Shown here: positions 30,794 to 38,723 of the stretch, piece after piece | Position numbering within the stretch: the first letter of the stretch is position 1 | Layout: each line of letters starts with the position of its first letter | Translations under genes and position numbers: made by a program | Notes under the pieces: model-generated | Told to the model about the DNA's origin: nothing | What the model saw: only the letters and a program-made list of their open reading frames with translations | Database searches by the model: none | Assembly (NCBI GenBank): GCA_047517965.1 | Contig: JAKZRU010000006.1 | Coordinates: forward strand, 8,445-72,444 | DNA length: 64,000 nt | Reading direction: 5' to 3' | Origin: Gammaproteobacteria bacterium | Lineage (GTDB): Bacteria > Pseudomonadota > Gammaproteobacteria > Arenicellales > JAJDZL01

Positions 30794-32002
30794 TCAGCGG
30801 TCTTTCAACAGCATCACGAGAAAAGATGAGGATTTGTTGTGTGGAAATTTGATCAAGCAGGCAGTTTGAGCGTTGCGTAGGTTGAATTCAACTCTACTGC
30901 AGTCCGGCATGGCCTCGAAAATATCTAGCAGATAGCGGCAGTTCGCCTGGAACTTCAAAGGCTCTCCATCTTGCTCAACATCCATTGATTCATCAATTTC
31001 CTGTAATGCACTACTGGTTGATCGTGCGTAGACGCGGAGCACACCACCATCAACTTCCAAGGTTGCCCCAAGCGGCTTTTTATCCCGGGCTCCCAGTATG
31101 TTCACTCGCTGAAAAATTGACACCAGCTCTTCTCGATCTCCTCGAAACATACTACTCAGATTCACCGGAATTGCACCACGCCAGTCAGGATATTGTCCTT
31201 CCAGTAGTTTTGAGGTGAACGACACGAATTTGGTGCTGATACGAATGTGACTGGCATTCAGTTCAATTTCAATCTGTGATGAAAGTTCAGACAACAGTTT
31301 ACTGAGGTCAAGGACTGTTTTACGCGGCACAATGGCACGATGAGTAGTTTCGTTCAGCCCAGTTACAACAGAGGTTTCGCTCATTGCCATACGATGGCCG
31401 TCTGTCGAAATCGTTCGTAGTTCGTTTTCTCCTATCTCAAACAACATTGCGTTCAAGTAATAACGAACGTTGTCTGCACCCATTGCGTGCTGTGTACGCA
31501 GAATCAAGTTGTGCAAGTCTGATCGGCCGATGGTAAACTGAATATCCCAATTTCCTGCGTCTAGTTTTGGAAAATCGCTATTCAATGGTTCCTGCGACAA
31601 GGTCTGCAACACTAACTTACTCTGTGTAGAATGTCCGGTTTTGTTGCTGTAATCGTTCTGCTCCGTTTGAGAATTCGACCCGTCTGATTTAGATTCAATT
31701 TTATCAATGTACATCTTGCCATCGACAATCTCGAATTTCAGGCCACATCGTTCCGGCAGTCGTCTGCAGAAGTCCTGTACAGTCAATCCGGGAAAAGCAA
31801 CGGCTTCCGGATCATAGACTTCAATATCCGATATTATTTCGCTGATTTCGATCTCGATATTCGACCCTGTCAACTTGATTCCTTCCTCAACCGGTTCCAA
31901 TAATACGTGGGAAAGAATAGGAATAGTTGGATTTCTGTCGACGACCGTATTGACGCGACTCAGGGGATTGAGAACCTGCTCTCTGTTAACTATAAAGTGC
32001 AT
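30794..32002 (-). CDS. dnaN: DNA polymerase III beta sliding clamp, with a low-complexity insertion of about 29 aa
   Basis: 402 aa with 'VRYYLNAMLFEIGENELRTISTDGHRMA' and the three-domain pattern. The extra S/N/Q-rich segment KIESKSDGSNSQTEQNDYSNKTGHSTQSK lies at residues about 101-129. Confidence 0.93.
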   Translation of the reverse strand: MHFIVNREQVLNPLSRVNTVVDRNPTIPILSHVLLEPVEEGIKLTGSNIEIEISEIISDIEVYDPEAVAFPGLTVQDFCRRLPERCGLKFEIVDGKMYIDKIESKSDGSNSQTEQNDYSNKTGHSTQSKLVLQTLSQEPLNSDFPKLDAGNWDIQFTIGRSDLHNLILRTQHAMGADNVRYYLNAMLFEIGENELRTISTDGHRMAMSETSVVTGLNETTHRAIVPRKTVLDLSKLLSELSSQIEIELNASHIRISTKFVSFTSKLLEGQYPDWRGAIPVNLSSMFRGDREELVSIFQRVNILGARDKKPLGATLEVDGGVLRVYARSTSSALQEIDESMDVEQDGEPLKFQANCRYLLDIFEAMPDCSRVEFNLRNAQTACLIKFPHNKSSSFLVMLLKDR

Positions 32003-32039
32003 AAGAATTCAGATAATTAAGTACTCTTATTATTAGGGG

Positions 32040-32203
32040 TGTGGATAATGATAACAAGCGTAAATCTGTCAATAATAACAATGACGTAGATAAACTTCTA
32101 TTTGTTGGAAACTGACTATAGCACAGCAGTATGTATGTGGATTGTTTTGATCCGATCAGTCAAACTGATTGGGTTATACACACAACATCACAAATTATAC
32201 ACA
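32040..32203. promoter_or_regulatory. DnaA-box cluster in the dnaA-dnaN spacer (oriC or dnaN-regulatory candidate)
   Basis: TGTGGATAA (32040-32048) is a perfect match to the reverse complement of TTATCCACA. TGTGGATTG (32136-32144) has 2 mismatches. TTATACACA occurs at 32174-32182 and 32195-32203, with 1 mismatch each. There are two GATC sites at 32149-32157 and AT-rich sequence at 32003-32120. Confidence 0.55.
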
Positions 32204-32270
32204 TATTGGTTAAACTACAGGAATATTTCGTGAGTATGTGTGACTGTCAGACGCAAGACTGCAAGTGCTG

Positions 32271-33632
32271 TTAAGGCGACAGCATATCGCACAAGGTTTG
32301 GTAGTCATTTCTGAACATCGGGTCCTTCTTTAACTCTTCGTTGATTTTCTTGCAGGCGTTTAAAACGCTCGTATGATCGCGATTGAAAGCTTTGCCAATT
32401 TGGATGGTGCTGAGGGTTGTCACTTTCCGCGCAATAGACATGGCGATGTACCGAGCCCTGACAAATTCTTTTTTTCGAGAGGGTGCGGAAAGATCGTCTA
32501 TGCGGACACCATAAAAATGCGCCACTTGTTTCTTTATTTCTTGTAGGTTGATCGAACGTTCGGCTAGAAAGTCAGCCAGTACTGTTTTTGCCAGACTGAT
32601 TGAGATGGTTTCACCGGTTAAATTGTAGTTGGCAGTCAATATGTTGATTACCCCTTCAAGTTCTCGAGCACTGCCGATAATATTTTGCGCAAGAAACCGG
32701 GTTACATCGATTGTTATATCAATATTACGCAATTTGGCCTTAGTTTCAAGGATAGCCATGCGGGTTTCGAGTTCCGGCGGCTTGATTGGAATCGACAGCC
32801 CCTGCGAAAACCTAGATCTGAGGCGAGCCTCTACATCTGGCAGATTGTGGAAAAACTTGTCGCTGGTGATTATCACCTGCTTTTTGCCTTCAAGCAAGGT
32901 ATTGAAGGTTAACAGGAATTCCTGTTGTGAAGCCTGCGCGTTCCCAAAAAAGTGTATATCGTCAATCAACAGCGCATCAAGCTCCCGATAAGTCTGTTTA
33001 AAAAGTTCAATGGTTTCGTTGTCCTTTCTACTGAACAGCGTTGCTAGGTGCTGTACGAAGATAGATGATTGAACATAACCTACATTTGCATCGGGAAAAT
33101 TCTTCAGAATGCCGTGCCCGGCCGCTTGCATGAGGTGGGTTTTGCCGATGCCAACCGACCCATATAGAAACAATGGATTGTACTCGCGGCGTCCAGGCTC
33201 TTCGCTCACAGCCTGTGCTGCCGCGCTAGCAAGCTGGTTCGATTCTCCTACGATGTGCTGCTCGAAAGTGTATTCCGGACTCAGTTCTCCGAAACCAAAC
33301 ATTAGATTGGCTTGTTTAGAGTTTTTTTTTGTCTGAATTGAGGGTCTGGAACGTTTATTGGCAGGTTTGATGTGTGTAGTGTTGGAAGGTGCCGCTGCGG
33401 TCCTGACCATGACTACTATTTCACCACCATTTAGAGCAGTTGCTAATTCTGAAATTTGCTTTCTATAGTCAGATTCAATTCTTTTTTTTGCGTAGATATT
33501 GGGTGCACTGAGTACCAATGTGTTGCCCGAGAACTCAGGGCTAAGCGAACGCAGCCAAGTAGTTACCTCCGCTTCGGTTAGGCGTTGCTCCAGATGGGAA
33601 AGAATCGATTTCCAGAGTTCTGATGCGTTCAT
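32271..33632 (-). CDS. dnaA: chromosomal replication initiator protein DnaA
   Basis: AAA+ Walker A 'GSVGIGKTHLM', 'LLIDDIHFF' and the C-terminal DNA-binding domain 'FNRDHTSVLNACKKI' are present. I prefer the start at the Met of 'MNASELWKSILSHLEQRL' (33632). The ORF track extends to a GTG at 33728. Confidence 0.95.
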   Translation of the reverse strand: MNASELWKSILSHLEQRLTEAEVTTWLRSLSPEFSGNTLVLSAPNIYAKKRIESDYRKQISELATALNGGEIVVMVRTAAAPSNTTHIKPANKRSRPSIQTKKNSKQANLMFGFGELSPEYTFEQHIVGESNQLASAAAQAVSEEPGRREYNPLFLYGSVGIGKTHLMQAAGHGILKNFPDANVGYVQSSIFVQHLATLFSRKDNETIELFKQTYRELDALLIDDIHFFGNAQASQQEFLLTFNTLLEGKKQVIITSDKFFHNLPDVEARLRSRFSQGLSIPIKPPELETRMAILETKAKLRNIDITIDVTRFLAQNIIGSARELEGVINILTANYNLTGETISISLAKTVLADFLAERSINLQEIKKQVAHFYGVRIDDLSAPSRKKEFVRARYIAMSIARKVTTLSTIQIGKAFNRDHTSVLNACKKINEELKKDPMFRNDYQTLCDMLSP

Positions 33633-33926
33633 GTTGGGGCTGGTAATATGAAATATAATTTTTATCCAATTGCTTAAGAGTATAGTGAACTGCTGGACGA
33701 GAATCCGGAAGATAGTAGCTCTATTCACTTTATCCTGTGGAGATTGTAGTTCACCTGTAACAAAACATCCGTGAAAAATTTATGTTCACAGGAGTATTTT
33801 CCTCGCTGAACACGAAAGGCGGTTTGTTATAATCTCTCGTTTGCTGCAATGCTTGTGAATGCGAAAATTCAAACGTCATAATCAGCCAGCCGGCAAAAAA
33901 TGGAATAATATCGTGGTTTTTTACCT

Positions 33927-34061
33927 ATGAAACGTACCTTTCAACCAAGTAATATAAAGCGAAAACGCAAACACGGGTTTCGTGCCCGCATGCAAACCCG
34001 TGGCGGTCGGGCTGTGATCAATGCGCGTCGAGCCAGAGGTCGTGCACGTCTGAGTGCATAA
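33927..34061 (+). CDS. rpmH: 50S ribosomal protein L34
   Basis: Not in the ORF track because it is under 60 aa. My translation gives [44 protein letters not shown], the canonical L34 sequence. It lies immediately upstream of rnpA. Confidence 0.95.
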   Translation: MKRTFQPSNIKRKRKHGFRARMQTRGGRAVINARRARGRARLSA

Positions 34062-34437
34062 AAATAGTAAGTCACTGAATGAACATCGATTTCCGGGCAG
34101 TCGTCGACTGAGCAGCCGCAGGGAATATCGAGCGGTTTTCGGTCAGCATAGGAAAGTATCAAACCGGTATTTCCGGGTGTTGGTTCATTACCAACGTACG
34201 CAGTCTGTTACGCGTCTCGGAATTGTCGTATCCAGGCGTGTATCTCGAAAGTCCGTTCATCGAAATCGAATCAAGCGCCAGATACGTGAATGTTTCAGAT
34301 TGAATCAAGAAAGCTTGCGAAATTTCGACATGATCGTCATTGCTCACCGCATTTGCGAAGCCGCGACAAATCAGGAACTGCAAATTAATCTATTTAGCCT
34401 GTTCAAGCAACTGAAGAATGAAAAAATTACTGATTAA
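34054..34437 (+). CDS. rnpA: ribonuclease P protein component
   Basis: 127 aa, basic, with '[12 protein letters not shown]...[26 protein letters not shown]' (the RNR-motif region). It overlaps the end of rpmH, and its GTG start is uncertain. Confidence 0.9.
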   Translation: MHKNSKSLNEHRFPGSRRLSSRREYRAVFGQHRKVSNRYFRVLVHYQRTQSVTRLGIVVSRRVSRKSVHRNRIKRQIRECFRLNQESLRNFDMIVIAHRICEAATNQELQINLFSLFKQLKNEKITD

Positions 34438-34645
34438 TGTGATTCGAGTCTATCGGTATGCAATCAGTCCGTTCATCGGCCCTTGCTGCCGATTTCATCC
34501 AACCTGCTCCGATTACGGATTGCAGGCAATTGAACAGCATGGAGCCTGGAAAGGAACCTGGTTGACCGTTCGTCGCATATCCCGCTGTCATCCATGGCAT
34601 CCCGGAGGGTTTGATCCAGTGCCCGAGAACAGTAGCTCAGACTGA
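34418..34645 (+). CDS. yidD: membrane protein insertion efficiency factor YidD
   Basis: 75 aa. '[31 protein letters not shown]' is the YidD signature. Confidence 0.93.
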   Translation: MKKLLINVIRVYRYAISPFIGPCCRFHPTCSDYGLQAIEQHGAWKGTWLTVRRISRCHPWHPGGFDPVPENSSSD

Positions 34646-36354
34646 TGGATTTTAGACGCGCTCTCCTGTCCATCTCGCTCGGACTGATTCTGTTGCTAAT
34701 CTGGCAAGCTTGGATGGACTATAGCAACACCAAATATGCCGGTTCTGAATTGACGAACCAAAATCAGAGCACGGAGATTCCGGTAACGCCTGAACAGCGC
34801 GAGGCTGTCATTGGAGAAGAAGTGCCGCAGGCGCCGACCACTGCTGCTGGATCGGCCGCAGCGACGCAAAGCGGAGCCATTCCAACAGCAAGCAGTGAAT
34901 TTGAAACAGCTGGCCGTATCAAGGTGCGCACCGACTTGCTACAAGTCGAAATCGACGCTTTTGGCGGCGAGCTCAGGGAAGCAAAACTTCTCGATTATCC
35001 TGTTGAAGTCGAAATGCCCGACGTTCCATTTCGCCTGCTGAATGATATTGCTCCGGGAATTCTGGTAGCACAATCCGGGCTGGTGGGAAGCGGTGATGAG
35101 TATCCGAACCACAAGACTAAGTTTACAGCCGAATCTGGTACATACACACTCTCGGACTCGCAGAATTCGTTGAAAGTGCCGCTTCGCTGGACTTCGCCTG
35201 GTGGTGTGAACTATGTAAAGACATTTACCTTTTATCCAGACAGTTATCTGATTGACGTTGATTTCAGGGTTGAAAACCGCAGCGGCAAGCCGTGGCAAGG
35301 CTATCAGTACGGACAATTCCTTAGCACTGAACATGTTGCGAAGAGTGAGGGTTTTCTATTCCTTCGGGCCTTGCCGAGCTATCGGGGTGCTGCAATCTAC
35401 ACTATCGAAGATAAATATGACAAGATTGACTACAAGGAAATCCGAACCGAAAGCCCGGTGGTGAAAACGGACTCTGGCTGGGTGGCTATGCTGCAGCACT
35501 ATTTTGTGGCTGCCTGGCTGCCACAGGAAGGTTCGCCATATCGGATTTACACCAAGGCGCTGGACGGCAATGGTGTGGATACACGTTATCAGGTCGGTTA
35601 TGTCACCCTATCTCCTACAACGATCGCCAATGATTCAGTTGGATTGCTGCAAAGTCAGATTTATATCGGGCCAAAGGAGCAGGATAGAATCAAGGACCCT
35701 GCAGAAGGATTGATATTGACAGTAGACTACGGTTGGCTTACTCCAGTTTCATCACCCTTGTTCTGGATTTTGGAGAAAATCCATGGTGTGATCAAAAATT
35801 GGGGCTTTTCGATCATTCTACTGACGCTGCTGGTCAAGATTGTCTTCTATCCTCTGTCTGCGGCCAGTTACAAGTCAATGGCAAAAATGAAAAAGCTTCA
35901 GCCTCGACTCAAGACTTTAAAAGAACGGTATGGAGACGACAAACAGAAACTGAATCAGGAAATGATGGAGATCTACAAGAAGGAAAAGATTAATCCTCTC
36001 GGTGGATGTTTGCCAATTCTGATACAAATTCCTGTTTTCATTGCACTTTATTGGGTTTTACTGGAAAGCGTCGAGCTAAGGCAGGCGCCGTTTGTGCTCT
36101 GGCTGACAGACTTGTCGACGTCCGACCCGTATTTCGTTCTGCCTGTATTGATGGGGGCATCGATGTTCGCTCAGCAGTTTCTGAATCCAACTCCGCTGGA
36201 CGCCCTGCAAAAGAACATCATGATGAGCCTGCCGATTGTGTTTACCATATTCTTTCTGTGGTTTCCGTCTGGTTTGGTTCTATACTGGCTGGTTAACAAC
36301 ATCCTCTCAATTTCACAACAGTGGTACATAACCCGCAAGCTGGTAACGACTTAG
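34645..36354 (+). CDS. yidC: membrane protein insertase YidC
   Basis: 569 aa with an N-terminal TM helix, a large periplasmic domain and the C-terminal 5-TM core 'GFSIILLTLLVKIVFYPLS...GGCLPILIQIPVFIALY'. Confidence 0.96.
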   Translation: MDFRRALLSISLGLILLLIWQAWMDYSNTKYAGSELTNQNQSTEIPVTPEQREAVIGEEVPQAPTTAAGSAAATQSGAIPTASSEFETAGRIKVRTDLLQVEIDAFGGELREAKLLDYPVEVEMPDVPFRLLNDIAPGILVAQSGLVGSGDEYPNHKTKFTAESGTYTLSDSQNSLKVPLRWTSPGGVNYVKTFTFYPDSYLIDVDFRVENRSGKPWQGYQYGQFLSTEHVAKSEGFLFLRALPSYRGAAIYTIEDKYDKIDYKEIRTESPVVKTDSGWVAMLQHYFVAAWLPQEGSPYRIYTKALDGNGVDTRYQVGYVTLSPTTIANDSVGLLQSQIYIGPKEQDRIKDPAEGLILTVDYGWLTPVSSPLFWILEKIHGVIKNWGFSIILLTLLVKIVFYPLSAASYKSMAKMKKLQPRLKTLKERYGDDKQKLNQEMMEIYKKEKINPLGGCLPILIQIPVFIALYWVLLESVELRQAPFVLWLTDLSTSDPYFVLPVLMGASMFAQQFLNPTPLDALQKNIMMSLPIVFTIFFLWFPSGLVLYWLVNNILSISQQWYITRKLVTT

Positions 36355-37700
36355 ATTCCAGCGCTGATACGATCGCTGCAATCGCGACGCCCGCCGGTAT
36401 TGGGGGCATAGGAATTATTCGAACCTCAGGGCTTGGATCAACTGAAATCGCTCGCTGCATGACCGGCGAATCGGTGGTTCCCAGAAAAGCAATGTTTCGA
36501 AAATTTCTCGATGCGAACGACCGTACGTTGGATGAAGGAATTCTTCTTTTTTTTCCAGCACCTCATTCCTACACGGGAGAGGATGTCTGTGAATTCCAAT
36601 GTCACGGCGGCCCAGTCGTTCTACATCTGTTGCTGGCGCGGCTGATGGAACTGGGTGCTCGACCCGCAGAGCCTGGTGAGTACACGAAACGCGCTTTTTT
36701 AAACGGAAAGCTGGATTTAGTTCAGGCCGAAGCAGTTGCAGACTTGATCAACAGCTCGACTACTGCAGCGGCCTATTCGGCCATGCGTTCTTTACGTGGA
36801 GATTTTTCACAAAAAGTTCATGAGATCGTGGATCAAGTCGTCAATCTGAGAATGTTCATTGAAGCAGCGATCGATTTTCCCGAGGAAGAAATAGATTTTC
36901 TAGAGAATTCCGAGCTTGCCGTGTCCCTGGAAAAGGTACAGAATCTGCTAGACAATCTGTTGCAGAGGACTGCAGTCGGCTGCGTGCTTCGAGAAGGCAT
37001 AGCAGTTGCGATTACAGGGTTGCCGAATGCTGGCAAATCCAGTTTACTCAACCGACTGGCCGGCCGCGATAGGGTGATAGTTACGCCGCACGCCGGAACG
37101 ACGAGAGACACGGTTGAAGTCATGATTGATATCGGTGGGCTCGCAGTTCTTCTGACCGATACTGCGGGACTTCGAGCAAGCGATGATTCCATTGAATCTG
37201 AGGGCGTCCTTAGAGCCTGGCGCGCCGCGCAGGATGCGGATATTGTGCTCTATGTCATTGACAGCGAGTGCGGTATCGTGGATGACGACACTCACAATTT
37301 AAATAAAATTGAGAGTTCCCGAGTTGTAGTAGTATGGAACAAGACTGATTTAAGTAGCGAAATTGAATCTCCGTTGTCGAAAAACGATTATGGGCAAGTA
37401 TTTATTTCGGCCTTGATTGGCACTGGAATAGATGATTTAGTTAAATTAATACAAAGAGTTGCAGGGTATGATATTACAGAAGAGGGAATATTTCTTGCAC
37501 GTCGACGACATTTCAGATCCATTCAAAGAGCAAGCGAGTACGTTGCGCAGGCGCGCAGTGCGCTTGCCGAGAATAAAGCAGGGGAACTAGCCGCTCAAGA
37601 TCTAAGAGATGCGATGGATGAACTTGGTCAGATTACTGGAAAGCTGACAGCCGATGAATTGCTTGGTGAAATATTCTCAAGCTTTTGCATTGGAAAATAA
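36321..37700 (+). CDS. mnmE: tRNA modification GTPase MnmE (TrmE)
   Basis: 459 aa with 'TIAAIATPAGIGGIGIIRTSG', the G-domain 'GLPNAGKSSLLN' and 'DTAGLR', and the C-terminal 'CIGK'. Its GTG start overlaps the end of yidC. Confidence 0.95.
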   Translation: MVHNPQAGNDLDSSADTIAAIATPAGIGGIGIIRTSGLGSTEIARCMTGESVVPRKAMFRKFLDANDRTLDEGILLFFPAPHSYTGEDVCEFQCHGGPVVLHLLLARLMELGARPAEPGEYTKRAFLNGKLDLVQAEAVADLINSSTTAAAYSAMRSLRGDFSQKVHEIVDQVVNLRMFIEAAIDFPEEEIDFLENSELAVSLEKVQNLLDNLLQRTAVGCVLREGIAVAITGLPNAGKSSLLNRLAGRDRVIVTPHAGTTRDTVEVMIDIGGLAVLLTDTAGLRASDDSIESEGVLRAWRAAQDADIVLYVIDSECGIVDDDTHNLNKIESSRVVVVWNKTDLSSEIESPLSKNDYGQVFISALIGTGIDDLVKLIQRVAGYDITEEGIFLARRRHFRSIQRASEYVAQARSALAENKAGELAAQDLRDAMDELGQITGKLTADELLGEIFSSFCIGK

Positions 37701-37777
37701 TTCTCAACACTCGTGGCAAGCGTAATACAAGTTAAACTAATAGCTAACGTCAACGAATCTATTTCAAGCGGTTTATT

Positions 37778-38710
37778 ATGATAAAAAATAGATCTTCAAG
37801 AGTCCTTGTTCAAATGCTGATCGTGCTGGCAGTTGTATTGGCGATTGTCTTATGGCAGCAGGACTTTCTCGCCAATTTGTATATTCGCAACCAAATCACT
37901 GGCGTCGGCTGGGTTGTAAACGGTGCGATCCTGACTCTTTTCCTGCTAGGTCAAGCTCAAATCGTTCGGCTGTTCCTGATGTACGACAGGGAAGAAAACG
38001 CCATTGATCAGTTTACCGGCGCTTTGGGTGCGGAAAATATTGAAGAAGCGCTGCGAAGTGTGCCTTCTGATTCAATCATTGGACAGCGCTATCACACAGT
38101 AACGGATTTCTTCAGTGCTCGCACGGAAATCAACCACAACGCACTTGCTGCAAGTTTGCTTGCAAAAGAAACAAGCCGCACCAGTTTTTCGAAATTCGTC
38201 AACAACATCTTGATATTGACCGGTGTTTTCGGCACCATCGTTTCGCTGACTGTCGCGTTGCTGGGTGCTTCCACTGTTATTTCTGAGACGGACAGCATGC
38301 GCGGGATTGATATTGTCATTCATGGCATGTCTACTGCACTGTCTACTACGATGACCGCAATTCTTGCCTACTTTCTGTTCGGTTATTTCTATTTGAAGCT
38401 TCTTGACACGCAATCTTACATTCTTGGGAGGATTGAGCACGTTACAGCAACAGTGCTGATGCCGCAGTATCAGGCGGCGACTCGTTCGCCGGAACAGAAT
38501 CTGAGTGAAATGTTGACCGGTACTGTCGAAGCGATTTCCAAATTTGAGTCCTTTATTGGGCAGATTCAGGAGATCAGCTCAACTCAAAATGCAATGTTTG
38601 TGAAGTTTGAGACTTTGACTGACCAGAACGTGGAACTGCTGAGAGACATCCGAGGTATCCTGCGGGCAGGATTCAGACTGCGCGACAAGCACGACGAAAA
38701 CATAGACTAG
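37778..38710 (+). CDS. MotA/TolQ/ExbB-like proton-channel family membrane protein (uncharacterised)
   Basis: 310 aa with four hydrophobic helices in a 2+2 layout and a loop of about 80 aa. The TM3-TM4 region 'ILTGVFGTIVSL...MSTALSTTMTAILAYFLFGYFY' resembles the MotA/ExbB channel core. A helical tail of about 100 aa follows. Confidence 0.6.
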   Translation: MIKNRSSRVLVQMLIVLAVVLAIVLWQQDFLANLYIRNQITGVGWVVNGAILTLFLLGQAQIVRLFLMYDREENAIDQFTGALGAENIEEALRSVPSDSIIGQRYHTVTDFFSARTEINHNALAASLLAKETSRTSFSKFVNNILILTGVFGTIVSLTVALLGASTVISETDSMRGIDIVIHGMSTALSTTMTAILAYFLFGYFYLKLLDTQSYILGRIEHVTATVLMPQYQAATRSPEQNLSEMLTGTVEAISKFESFIGQIQEISSTQNAMFVKFETLTDQNVELLRDIRGILRAGFRLRDKHDENID

Positions 38711-38723
38711 AGAGCCGCTGAAA

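Noticed and set aside
33633-33728. 32-codon N-terminal extension of dnaA suggested by the ORF track (GTG at 33728).
   Set aside because: The extension (MNRATIFRILVQQFTILLSNWIKIIFHITSPN) is unlike DnaA N-termini. The canonical 'ELWKSILSHLEQRL' begins right after the internal Met at 33632. The extension would also consume a third of the dnaA-rpmH spacer.
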